A stretch of DNA of 64,000 bases from Mizuhopecten yessoensis (Eukaryota). Location: NCBI RefSeq assembly GCF_002113885.1, contig NW_018407219.1, forward strand, positions 184,302-248,301, written 5' to 3'. Below, piece after piece: positions 53,227 through 64,000 of the stretch (positions are counted from its first letter, which is position 1; each line of letters begins with the position of its first letter). Below the pieces are notes generated by a model that was not told where the DNA came from, searched no databases, and saw nothing but the letters and a program-made list of their open reading frames with translations. A program made the translations under genes and the position numbers.

Positions 53227-56200
53227 ATGTTTTTAGCCCCGATATCACGTAAGTTTATTTTAACCAGGTCGGGGAAAACCACTAACTGGCGTATAATAGG
53301 CGAGTTTGCGTATTATACGCAAGTTGGTGGTTTTCCCCAACCTGTTAACGCACAAGTACGTTATATATGCAGTGGCAGATCCATGGATATTGAAATGAGA
53401 GTGGGACCCAATATGTTTAGAAGTTATTTCTGTGTTTAATTCTCGTGCCGAAGGCATGTAGCCAAGGGGTCCTGGGACATGCAACCCCCGTGGAAAATTG
53501 TAACTGGGAGGCGCATCGGTGCGATATGGGATATTTAGTGTGACCATAGGTGGTGGGCACGTCTATCAAAAAAAAAAAAAATGAAAATATAAATCTATTT
53601 TTTTTTATTCATTTTTTTTTTTTTTTTTTTTGATAGACGTGCCCACCACCTATGGGGTGACCCCCTTTTTTCTGTGTCCAAAAATAATCTGGATCAAGGT
53701 TTTGAAGATTTTCATCTTGTTTCTTCTAATATCAACCATCCCTTGAACTATGATTTTCTATGGCATCCCCTCGCCAGCAGTTTGAATATCTATATATGTC
53801 TAAGGGTGTTGCCCAAACAAGGAGTCCACTACTTATACTCACAATAGGGGATTAATCCTCCATTGTCTATATATTAGTAGGGTCTCCAGTCAGGTCAGTG
53901 GTCAAGGCTCACCAGACTGACTCTACCTAATCTTATTGTTCTAATGTCACGGTGTGGTGATCACCCTGTCGGTTGAGAGAGGACTATACAATCTATTGGA
54001 ATTAGTTACATGGTAAGTAAAGTGTTATTTCAAAGGTAGTCTATTTCATGATAGATAAACCTGTATTTTCACCAGTGGTTTCAAGTACACATGGTCACCA
54101 GGAATTATTTGTTATACCAATTAAAAAATAGAAATTCTAAAATTTTCAAAGGCAATGAAGCAGCTTGGTGTGTACACCTTTTATTAGAAATGTTTTTAAT
54201 ATACATAATTTATTATTTGTAAGGGTGTTGCCCTTGTTCAATAAAAGACAAACAGTTAAATCAAAATTCATATTTGTGACAAAATAAATTAATATTAAAT
54301 TGTCAAAATGCTCGCCTAAGCTACATGTATATGTCAAGTTCCAACGTAAACATTCAGTGTTTACGTTGGAACTTGACATATACAAGTGACCATTTTAAGG
54401 GCCTGACACAAACATCAACATTTTAACCAAAAATTCACATTTTTTCCAATTTTGTTTTACAGACATAAAATATAACGTTTTACAGACATAAAATATAACT
54501 TGGAAACTCAGAAAACTATTCTACGCTTCACTCGATCTGTTTGTCAAATATTTTTTAAAATATATTTCTTATGATTTTTTGTCATTAACGTAAAATGATA
54601 TTATAAACCAAGAAGAAACTACGTAAAATGTGTATTTTGTTGTTTGTTTTCTTTTGATTATCTGATCACACATAACACACGTGTGTGCATATCGGCATGT
54701 TCATCAATTAATTTTAGCTACATTTTACATAAAACGTTTACTTGCTTACAAAAACATATCAATTAATTAGTGTTAATGTGTTGTAACAGCTGGTGCATAT
54801 CTCCTGTTGTCCCAATCTTAGAAAAAAACAAATTCTAGTTTTTTGTTGGCAGAAATTAGTATATATGCAGAACCGCCATTACAATTCTAATATATCAATA
54901 CCAGATAAGTGCAAAACTCTTTTTCTGAGTTTAAAATTTTGGGCAACACCTAATATTAATTCCTGGGTCCCCCCCTGATTGTTGACTACAAAAAGCATAG
55001 AGTTAGATGTTTATTTTCATTTTTCATAAATGTAAAATTTCCGATTTTTTTACATCATTATTTTTTAAAAAGAATGCTTATATTTAATGTCTTTTGTTAT
55101 CAACCTAATGATAAAATCTTGTTTTAAAAAGGTCTTCTTTTTGTTTTCCTTAAAAAAGAAAATCATGTGAAAATAGCTCAAAAGACTTATTTCAGATAGG
55201 TCAATAGAGCTATTATAGGTCTTAACAGCAATATAGCTTAATCGGCAGAGTGTACTGGACCTGAAAGAGATGCATCCAACTATCTATCTTTATGTTATAT
55301 ATCCACAGACCAGAATGGCTTTAATGCTGAGAAAAATTAATGCAGATTCCCCCCCCCCCCCCCATTTTCATTTTTTTTTTTTTTTGCATATGAATCCATG
55401 TAATATGACCTTTCACCCCTGTGATTGGTTGTAAGTTTCAATTGTTTCAATTGTGACGTCACACATAGGACAAGTACATGACGTCAAAGACTTGCGCACT
55501 GGAGTCAAAATAGCGTCTTTTTACATTTCAGGGTTGCATGAAAATTGTCGTTTTACGCGAATAAATGCCACAAATCTTGACTATGTGATAAAAAGGACCT
55601 TACACTCGCTTTCATTTCATATGAAATTTATGAAACTTGTCACGATTTTTTTCATTTTAGCTCGCCAAAGGGTCGCTTAATTGAAAAAAATCTTAGTCTC
55701 ATTTCATAAATTTCGTATGAAATGGAAACTTGTGTACGACCCTATATATATCATAGTGTTTCAAATTATTTAATAAATATTTGTCGCCATCTTTTTTTCA
55801 AAAATGGGGCGTTCGGACACCTATGACTTCCTCCCTGCCCCAAGTATCTGCCCATGTTATGCTGTACATGTCATCCCACAAGAAATAACAAAGACAGTAG
55901 GAGAATATGTCAAAATGTCTTGAAAAATGAGAGGGCTGATTCTCTTTTAGAGTAGGGTAACATTGGAGAGATAATTACTGTATTTGTTCTACATTGTATG
56001 TGTTACTATGATAACAGTTACGAGATACACAATTTTACTTGTCCCATGTTGTGACTCGTTACAGATGCTGTAGATGCAACGTATACCACCTTGGCAACCT
56101 TGACCGCATGTCCAGTAACGCCTGTTACAGATCACGTAAAAAAGCCAAAACGGATAAGGACAAGTTACACGGAGACACAAATCAATGAGTTTGAGAAAAT

Positions 56201-59200
56201 CTTTGTCAACAACCAATATCCATCTCGAAAGTTGATGGACAAACTCTCAAATACCTTAGACATTCCTGTCGAGAGGATGAGGGTGAGTCGCCGCATACTG
56301 AATCACAATAATTAGTAAAACCATGTTAACTACAATAATTTGTTCTACAATATTTTGACCTACAAAGCAGACCACTAGGTACTTAATTGAAGGAGATTTA
56401 TGAAGGAAGAATGAAAAATATTGGAAATACACCCTGTAAAACCAGAATGCTACATGAGATGTGAATATAAAACGGTGGTATCATTGTAATCTTTTACTGT
56501 CTGCCTTTTGTACTGATGAGTGAGTTACAGTAGTATATACAGTATATAACAAGCTCTTATTGACAGGGGGGCCATAACAGAGGTCCCCAAAACTACCTCT
56601 ATTTTCGTAAATATAGTGCTAATTGAAGTCGCTGTACTATTTGTAACGACATGATACACCTACTCACCATTAATTTGATCAAAATATGTTGCTATCCAAA
56701 CTTCTACTGTTTGCAAATCATCTTGGATGTGCTGTGGCCAAAAATTGTCTTGTATATTTAGGAATACCTACCAATACGCATTGGTTTTGGGGACTTAATG
56801 ACATTCTGACATAATAAGATCAGATGCATTATACCACCAGCCAAGTTTAGCCATAAAAGATGAGAGCATTAACAATATTTGAACTGCAGTGTGTCGATGG
56901 GGCAGATATAAATCTTGGTATCAGGAAAAGTTGTGTTGGACCTCTAAAAGGGTTTTTTAAATGATTATTTTAGAAACTGTTCATCTTGGGAGAGTTCTTG
57001 GTGAAACTCATGATGGTTTTTATCAAATTTAAATTTAGAGTTGTATTAGAGTTGTGGAATAAGAAAATAAAATGGAAAGGTAACTTTTGAGACGTTACCA
57101 TAAGCACCAAGTTTATCAGTATTATAAGAAATTGCATCATTTGCAAAAAAATATTGTGTTGCCATGCATGTATATCAATACTTGAGCACAAATGTATGAA
57201 TTTTTCAGACATGGTTTCAGAATAGAAGATCAAGACAAAAAAAAGTTAGACAAAGCAAAATCTCAAAACATCCACTGACAACTGCCTACTCTCACACAGA
57301 CACCTTCCCAGAGGACATGGATCCATCCTTCCACTGCCTGGGAGGGACAGCCATGGCGGTGCCCAGTGGGGCAGATGAGATGAACCATTGGTTGTACGCC
57401 CACACAACCTACACACCCACTACTAACCAGGCATGCATGAACTGTGACAGTCGGACAGTGTACTCCACTCTCTACCACCACCCAGTGATGACACCTGGAG
57501 TGGTCAGATCTCCCAGGTAAGCTATATATGGTGGCGTTTGAAACGGTTCATGAAGCGCAGAAATATTCCACGATAAACTAACGCACTTGGGCCGAACTGC
57601 AGGCAGAGCTAAAATTTAAATGCACAGTTTCGGAGAATAAACAACAATTCATTAAGAATAATATGTCCTTTCCCATGTCCACATAATTCTATAATGTATC
57701 TTAAAATCTACATATGGTTTGACCTTGTTTTATAAAGAAAAAACGCAAACAAGCAATAGTCAGCATTAAGTTTCAGTCGAGCACGTCTGGCCCCCTCAAT
57801 CTATACTTGCCGAATATTCCTGAGGTCGCCCTCAGTTTAGATCTGTGCCTGTCGTTTTCTTTCAGGTTCAACCGTTTCAGTTGGTTGAACAGGATAAACG
57901 AAAGGGGCGTAGGTCTAGCACTCACTTCAAGGTCACAGGTATAGATCAAACATGACACCTCTTAACTGGTTAGCACAATGAGAGTTTAATTATGCTTTGG
58001 TGGTTTGGATTCAAAGTTGTACAAATGGAGTGGTGGATGAGTGGGGTCATGAAGGGGTAATATGGCCATATTTGTTTATGCCTCTTCTTTGCAAATATGT
58101 GATAGATAAAGATGTTACCTAAAGGGTGTAACCAGACCATAGGAACTGAACATGAAAGCGATTGAGATCCCCACCTTATAACCGTATACAAATTTGGTAC
58201 AAGTGATGGTTATGAAAATACCTTGAAGGAGTTCCTGTTACAGGGTACTGCTCCTTAGGTCAAGGTCATGGACACTTAATGTCGTCTTGCTCATATTTTT
58301 AGAAAACATTTGCCATTGCTGTAGCAACCCCCAAATTCAGACAAAATTAGGTTTACATTGTTAATATAATGGATCAATGAATGTCAGGGTGCTGTAGGGT
58401 CAAGGACACTTAACTTATTTTAGAAAATAATTTTCATTGTTTCTGGCAACATTATCTTTGACTGGATATCTATGAAAATTTGGAAATAGGTTCAAGGTAA
58501 AAACCGAATGAAAATACCTAAATCAGGTTAATGTGAGGCAGATTTGTTTGGTTAATGTTACCTTGTTTAAACCAGTGGCCTTTCAAATACTACACAAACC
58601 TTGTAGGTTAGGTGACATGTAGGTTCGGTAGAGCCAATGAATATTGCTGTGTTAAAATGTATGTTTAGTTTGTAATTTTAAAATAAAACTTCGTTTTGTT
58701 GTAATATGATATTTGATATTCACTTAAGGATTGGTTGTCATATTTTGATGTTTATTGGCGTGTAAACTACATCGGGCTTGCAATATATTGAATGTTAAAT
58801 ATATCGCAAGCCCGATGTAGTTTACACGCCAATAAACGTCAAAAATATGACAACCAATCCTTATATTTATATTTCAAACCAACAATATTAGTTGTGCAAT
58901 GTTGCAAGTATTGTTAATTGCTGTTTTAAAACTCTTATACACACCGACTGGGTCAGCGGTAAATTGTTCGAAACAGCCGGGTAGACGCATTACACAGTCG
59001 TTGTCAAGGGCAACCAGGCCGACAAAAACAATAAACAATAAAGTTCCACAGTTTAATAATTGATTTTTTTTATTTAAATGCATATATGTCAATTACCAAT
59101 TTGTATACTAACATGTGACCATTTAATATATGTTGTGGTCATTTAGCGATTTAACTGTCATACAATAACATTTTGAGACACAACACAGCGGAACATCGGC

Positions 59201-60514
59201 ACTTGGCGGTTATTAGGTCAGTGTATCACTACACTGACCTAATCCCCGTTGTAGTTCATTGGAAAATATGTTACAATGGGACCAGTAGAGTTATCTAGGC
59301 ACTATGCAGTGCAAATGTAAATATTACAAATTGGAACTTAATTTTGTTTTCTTGTTTTCTGAAGTGAACAACTGGATAACTACCCAAGGTCATCAAACAG
59401 AGGCTGCTATATTGGAAACCAGCCTTGCTATGCAAATCAAAGCTGCATGCAATTGGCCACGCCTACTGCCATGGGTTACAATTTCCAACAACCAATAAGC
59501 CATCCGAACACACCTCAATTTGGTATGAACTTGTCACCACATAATCTGGGGAATGTTGATGTCAGCCCGAGCCCTGCAGGGCCCTTGTCTGGCCAACAGA
59601 TAGGAGGGTATGACAACGACAAACCCCACAGTGCTAACAATGTATACTCACATGTTTGGAATAGAAACACACACAGTGCTTACAATGACCCAATGTGTTC
59701 AGTCAGTGCTAGTAACAGTTCCTCTGTTTTTCCAGATAATAACATCAATGCCATGTACAACTTGTTAGTAAATGTTGGACAGCTTCAGTTGTCATCGTAT
59801 CACATGCAAGTTAACGCCAATGCCACACTATGTGAGCAGTCATGTGGCGATTTGGATGACGATGTTGTTCACAGGCTAGGATCCAGATGTCAGAGTGTGG
59901 ATGGAAACTCATTTGTGACTCCTCAATCCTGCAATCCAATGGAATCACAGCATGTGGTACAGACTGCCTGTTACACCCCGCCCCCTCAGTTAACAGAATC
60001 CCCTGGGAGTCATTCCAGTGTCCACCCTTGGCAGGCCACCAGTAGTAGGGACTTAAGATCATGGAACTACAACCGTCTCTTGTTCAGCTCACAGCCCTCT
60101 CCAGTAGGCTCCCTACAGATTCAAGAAGAGGTCAACTTCAACAGATGTAGAGATGAAATGCCAAATTCAAGGTTGAACTTGGGATGCAAACAATATTTTA
60201 GACCTTTAGGGGAAACAAACCTCAATTTTATTTGGGCAAGCAACAACAACATCGGTCATTCTGCTAGGTCGACTGATGATGACACTTGGTCAACAATAAA
60301 CTCCCAGGACTCCGACACTGAATCCCTCGAGTCGTTTGGAAGTGGCCAATGTATTCAGCAGATAGACATGACAGCCAGTCTGCTGCCTGAGTTTAGTCCA
60401 TATGGTCCAATGTCTCCAGACAGTTTCCGTTGTGACACTCCACACCTTGATCTGATGCATGGATTAGTAAAAGAACAAATGCTCTGTTCTTATGGTGTTT
60501 CTGATAAATGCTGA
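53227..60514 (+). CDS. Divergent PRD-class-like (Q50) homeobox transcription factor 2, about 565 aa. Exons 53227-53248 (tentative), 56065-56282, 57209-57516, 59365-60514
   Basis: Homeodomain PKRIRTSYTETQINEFEKIFVNNQYPSRKLMDKLSNTLDIPVERMR|TWFQNRRSRQKK with the 46/47 intron (donor GTGAGT at 56283, acceptor tttttcag at 57208). A phase-2 junction 57516/59365 joins the 355-aa ORF in frame. The first exon MFLAPIS gives the required phase 1. Confidence 0.85.
53265..53344. repeat. 80-bp foldback (about 37-bp arms, 4 mismatches) with TTAA close to both ends
   Basis: CAGGTCGGGGAAAACCACTAACTGGCGTATAATAGGC / GCGTATTATACGCAAGTTGGTGGTTTTCCCCAACCTG. Confidence 0.85.
53544..53655. repeat. Foldback with perfect arms CCATAGGTGGTGGGCACGTCTATC(A)n ... 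(T)nGATAGACGTGCCCACCACCTATGG
   Basis: Exact reverse-complement arms around an AT-rich centre. Confidence 0.9.
54326..54384. repeat. Perfect hairpin, 27-bp arms and 5-nt loop
   Basis: TGTATATGTCAAGTTCCAACGTAAACA-TTCAG-TGTTTACGTTGGAACTTGACATATACA. Confidence 0.95.
55600..55745. repeat. Imperfect palindrome, probably the end of a non-autonomous DNA element
   Basis: TACAC..CATTTCATATGAAATTTATGAAA.. mirrored by ..TTTCATAAATTTCGTATGAAATG..GTGTA. Confidence 0.7.
58725..58863. mobile_element. 139-bp palindromic MITE-like element with TA ends
   Basis: TAAGGATTGGTTGTCATATTTTGATGTTTATTGGCGTGTAAACTACATCGGGCTTGC is mirrored almost perfectly by GCAAGCCCGATGTAGTTTACACGCCAATAAACGTCAAAAATATGACAACCAATCCTTA. 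Confidence 0.8.
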
Positions 60515-60949
60515 CAAATTTATATTATGTGACATATACTTGACTGGTCATTATAGGGTTAGTCATTATATGTACATTAGTAATCATCTTGATTTGTTCT
60601 TTCATTCAAAGTCATCAGTAACGACGTGCGTGTCGGTATTCGGGTGTTCAAGGTCACTGGTAATGCCGTTTCTGTTTAGGGAAATCAGATATTAGTAGTG
60701 CTGTATGAAATCAAAGTCAATGTTTCGGGGACTCTAGCTCTGTGGTAATTTTATGGGGAGGAATTCAAGTGCAGCCTTAATATTGATGTTTTTGGGAGGG
60801 GCAAAGTCAATGTTGATGTTATTGTTGGGAGGATCGAGGTCAGCAGTGAAGCATGTTAAGATAAGTGCTAATATTTGGGTAAGAACGTTGTAATGTTACA
60901 GTAAAGTTACAAGTGGCTTGTAATGTTTGGGGGGGTTGCATTGGGAATG

Positions 60950-63900
60950 TTGTTGGGGAGGAATGAAGGTCATTGGCAATGTTGTTAGGGAGGAATGAAG
61001 GTCATTGGTAATGTTGTTAGGGAGGACTCAAGGTCATTGGTAATGTGGTAAGGGGAGAGGGTCTAGGCCATTGGTAATGTTGTTAGGGTGTAATGAAGGT
61101 CATTGGTAATGCTGTAAGGGGAGAGGTTCTAGGTAATTGATAATGTTGTTAGGGGATAGGGTCTAGGTCATTGGTAATGTTGTTAGGGATGAATCAAGGT
61201 CATTGGTAATGTTCTTAGGGAGGAATCAAGGTCCTTGGTAATGTTGTAAGGGGGGAGGGTCTAGGTCATTTGTAATGTTGTATGGGGAGAGGTTCTCGGT
61301 CATTGGTAATGTTTTAAGGGGAAAGGTTCTAGGTCATTGATAATGCTGTAAGGGGAGAGGTTCTAGGTCATTGATAATGCTGTAAGGGGAGAGGTTCTAG
61401 GTAATTGATAATGTTGTTAGGGGAGAGGTTCTAGGTCATTGATAATGTTTTAAGGGGAGAGGTTCTAGGTAATTGATAATGTTGTTAGGGGAGAGTGTCT
61501 AGGTCATTGGTAATGCTGTAAGGGGAGAGTTTCTAGGTCATTGATAATGCTGTAAGGGGAGAGGTTCTAGGTTATTGATAATGTTGTAAGGGGAGAGAGT
61601 CTAGGTCATTGATAATGTTTTAAGGGGAGAGGTTCTAGGTTATTGATAATGTTGTAAGGGGAGAGAGTCTAGGTCATTGATAATGCTGTAAGGGGAGAGG
61701 TTCTAGGTTATTGATAATGTTGTAAGGGGAGAGGGCCTAGGTCATTGATAATGTTTTAAGGGGAGAGGTTCTAGGTCATGGATAATGTTGTAAGAGAGGA
61801 ATCAGTCATTAGTAATGTTGTTGGGGAGGAATCAAAGTAATTGGTAATGTTGTAAGGGGGGAGGGTCTAGGTCATTAGTAATGTTGTAAGGGGAGAGAGT
61901 CTAGGTCATTGATAATGCTGTAAGGGGAGAGTTTCTAGGTCATTGGTAATGCTGTTAGGGAGGAATCAAGGCCATTGGTAATGCTGTTAGGGAAGAATCA
62001 AGGTAATTGGTAATGCTGTTAGGGAGGAAACAAGGTCATTGGTAATGTTCTTAGGGAGGAATCAAGGTCCTTGGTAATGTTGTAAGGGGTGAGGGTCTAG
62101 GTCATTGGTGATGTTGTAAGGGGAGAGGTTCTCGGTCATTGGTAATGTTGTTATGGAGGAATCAAGGTCATTGGTAATGTTCTTAGGGAGGAATCAAGGT
62201 CCTTGGTAATGTTGTAAGGGGATAGGTTCTCGGTCATTGGTAATGTTGTACGGGGAGAGGGTCTAGGTCAGTGGTAATGTTGTAAGGGGATAGGTTCTCG
62301 GTCATTGGTAATGTTGTTAGGGATGAATCAAGGTCATTGGTAATGCTGTTAGGGAGGAATCAAGGTCATTGGCAATGCTGTTAGGGAGGAATCAAGGTCA
62401 TTGGTAATGTTGTTAGGGAGGAATCAAGGTCATTGGTAATGTTGTTAGGGAGGAATCAAGGTCATTGGTAATGTTGTAAGGGGAGAGGTTCTAGGTCATT
62501 GGTAATGTTGTAAGGGGAGAGGTTCTAGGTCATTGGTAATGTTGTAAGGGGAGAGGTTCTAGGTCATTGGTAATGTTGTAAGGGGAGAGGTTCTAGGTCA
62601 TTGGTAATGTTGTAAGGGGAGAGGTTCTAGGTCATTGGTAATGTTGTAAGGGGAGAGGTTCTAGGTCATTGGTAATGTTGTAAGGGGAGAGGTTCTAGGT
62701 CATTGGTAATGTTGTAAGGGGAGAGGTTCTAGGTCATTGGTAATGTTGTAAGGGGAGAGGTTCTAGGTCATTGGTAATGTTGTAAGGGGAGAGGTTCTAG
62801 GTCATTGGTAATGTTGTAAGGGGAGAGGTTCTAGGTCATTGGTAATGTTGTAAGGGGAGAGGGTCTAGGTCATTGGTAATGTTGTAAGGGGAGAGGTTCT
62901 AGGTCATTGGTAATGTTGTAAGGGGAGAGGTTCTAGGTCATTGGTAATGTTGTAAGGGGAGAGGGTCTAGGTCATTGGTAATGTTGTAAGGGGAGAGGTT
63001 CTAGGTCATTGGTAATGTTGTAAGGGGAGAGGTTCTAGGTCATTGGTAATGTTGTAAGGGGAGAGGTTCTAGGTCATTGGTAATGTTGTAAGGGGAGAGG
63101 GTCTAGGTCATTGGTAATGTTGTAAGGGGAGAGGTTCTAGGTCATTGGTAATGTTGTAAGGGGAGAGGTTCTAGGTCATTGGTAATGTTGTAAGGGGAGA
63201 GGGTCTAGGTCATTGGTAATGTTGTAAGGGGAGAGGTTCTAGGTCATTGGTAATGTTGTAAGGGGAGAGGTTCTAGGTCATTGATAATGTTGTAAGGGGA
63301 GAGGGTCTAGGTCATTGGTAATGTTGTAAGGGGAGAGGGTCTAGGTCATTGATAATGTTTTAAGGGAAGAGGTTCTAGGTCATTGATAATGTTGTAAGAG
63401 AGGAATCAGTCATTAGTAATGTTGTTGGGGAGGAATGAAGGTCATTGGTAATGTTAGGGAGAAATCAAGGTCATTGGTAATGCTGTTAGGGAGGAATCAA
63501 GGTAATTGGTAATGTTGTAAGGGGTGAGGGTCTAGGTCATTAGTAATGTTGTAAGGGGAGAGGGTCTAGGTCATTGGTAATGTTGTAAGGGAGGAATCAA
63601 GGTCATTGGTAATGCTGTTAAGGGAGGAATCAAGGTCATTGGTAATGCTGTTAGGGAGGAATCAAGGTCATTGGTAATGCTGTTAGGGAGGAATCAAGGT
63701 CATGGGGAATGTTGTTAGGGAGGAATCAAGGCCATTGGTAATGTTGTTAGGGAGGAATGAAGGTCATTGGTAATGTTGTAAGGGGAGAGGTTCTAGGTCA
63801 TTGGTAATGATGTAAGGGGAGAGGGTCTAGGTCATAGATAATGTTTTAAGGGAAGAGGTTCTAGGTCACTGATAATGTTGTAAGAGAGGAATCAAAGTCA

Positions 63901-64000
63901 TTAGTAATGTTGTTGGGGGGGAATGAAGGTCATTGGTAATGTTGTTAGGGCGGAATGAAGGTCATTGGTAATGCTGTTAGGGAGGAATGAAGGTCATTGG
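60950..64000. repeat. Compound 34-bp / 32-bp minisatellite running off the window (GGTCATTGGTAATGTTGTAAGGGGAGAGGTTCTA / GGTCATTGGTAATGTTGTTAGGGAGGAATCAA)
   Basis: Period 62460 to 62494; homogeneous core about 62460-63330; degenerate precursor-like units from about 60720. Confidence 0.97.

Noticed and set aside
53881-54018. Strong donor ATG|GTAAGT at 54012 as a coding exon of homeobox gene 2
   Set aside because: The phase-1 frame needed has TAG just upstream, and phase 0 leads to ATG CTG TAG; at most a non-coding or poison exon.

Overview
AT-rich eukaryotic (metazoan) genomic DNA with GT-AG introns and one assembly gap (18562-19129). A mollusc/bivalve origin is inferred from the repeat landscape but not proven. 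Genes on the + strand: (1) the 3' part of PHF10/BAF45a, 10 exons between 1 and 23922, including the tandem PHD fingers; (2) two tandem, highly divergent Q50 PRD-class-like homeobox genes (45375-49974 and about 53227-60514), both with the intron between homeodomain codons 46 and 47. Two frame-compatible minus-strand exons (32252-32200 and 29768-29622) suggest a further unidentified transcript. Mobile DNA: a dead DD34E Tc1 element, nested Helentron-like non-autonomous elements, several MITE-like foldbacks and a tRNA-derived SINE. Roughly 30% of the window is minisatellite, from more than a dozen unrelated families. Most notable structure: two PHF10 minisatellites are tandem amplifications of an exon 3' end plus its GTAAGT splice donor, giving arrays of decoy donors that lead to premature stops. 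In addition, two arrays show microhomology template-switch mosaics with inversions and pieces copied from arrays kilobases away; one of these brackets the last two PHF10 exons with about 750-bp inverted repeats.
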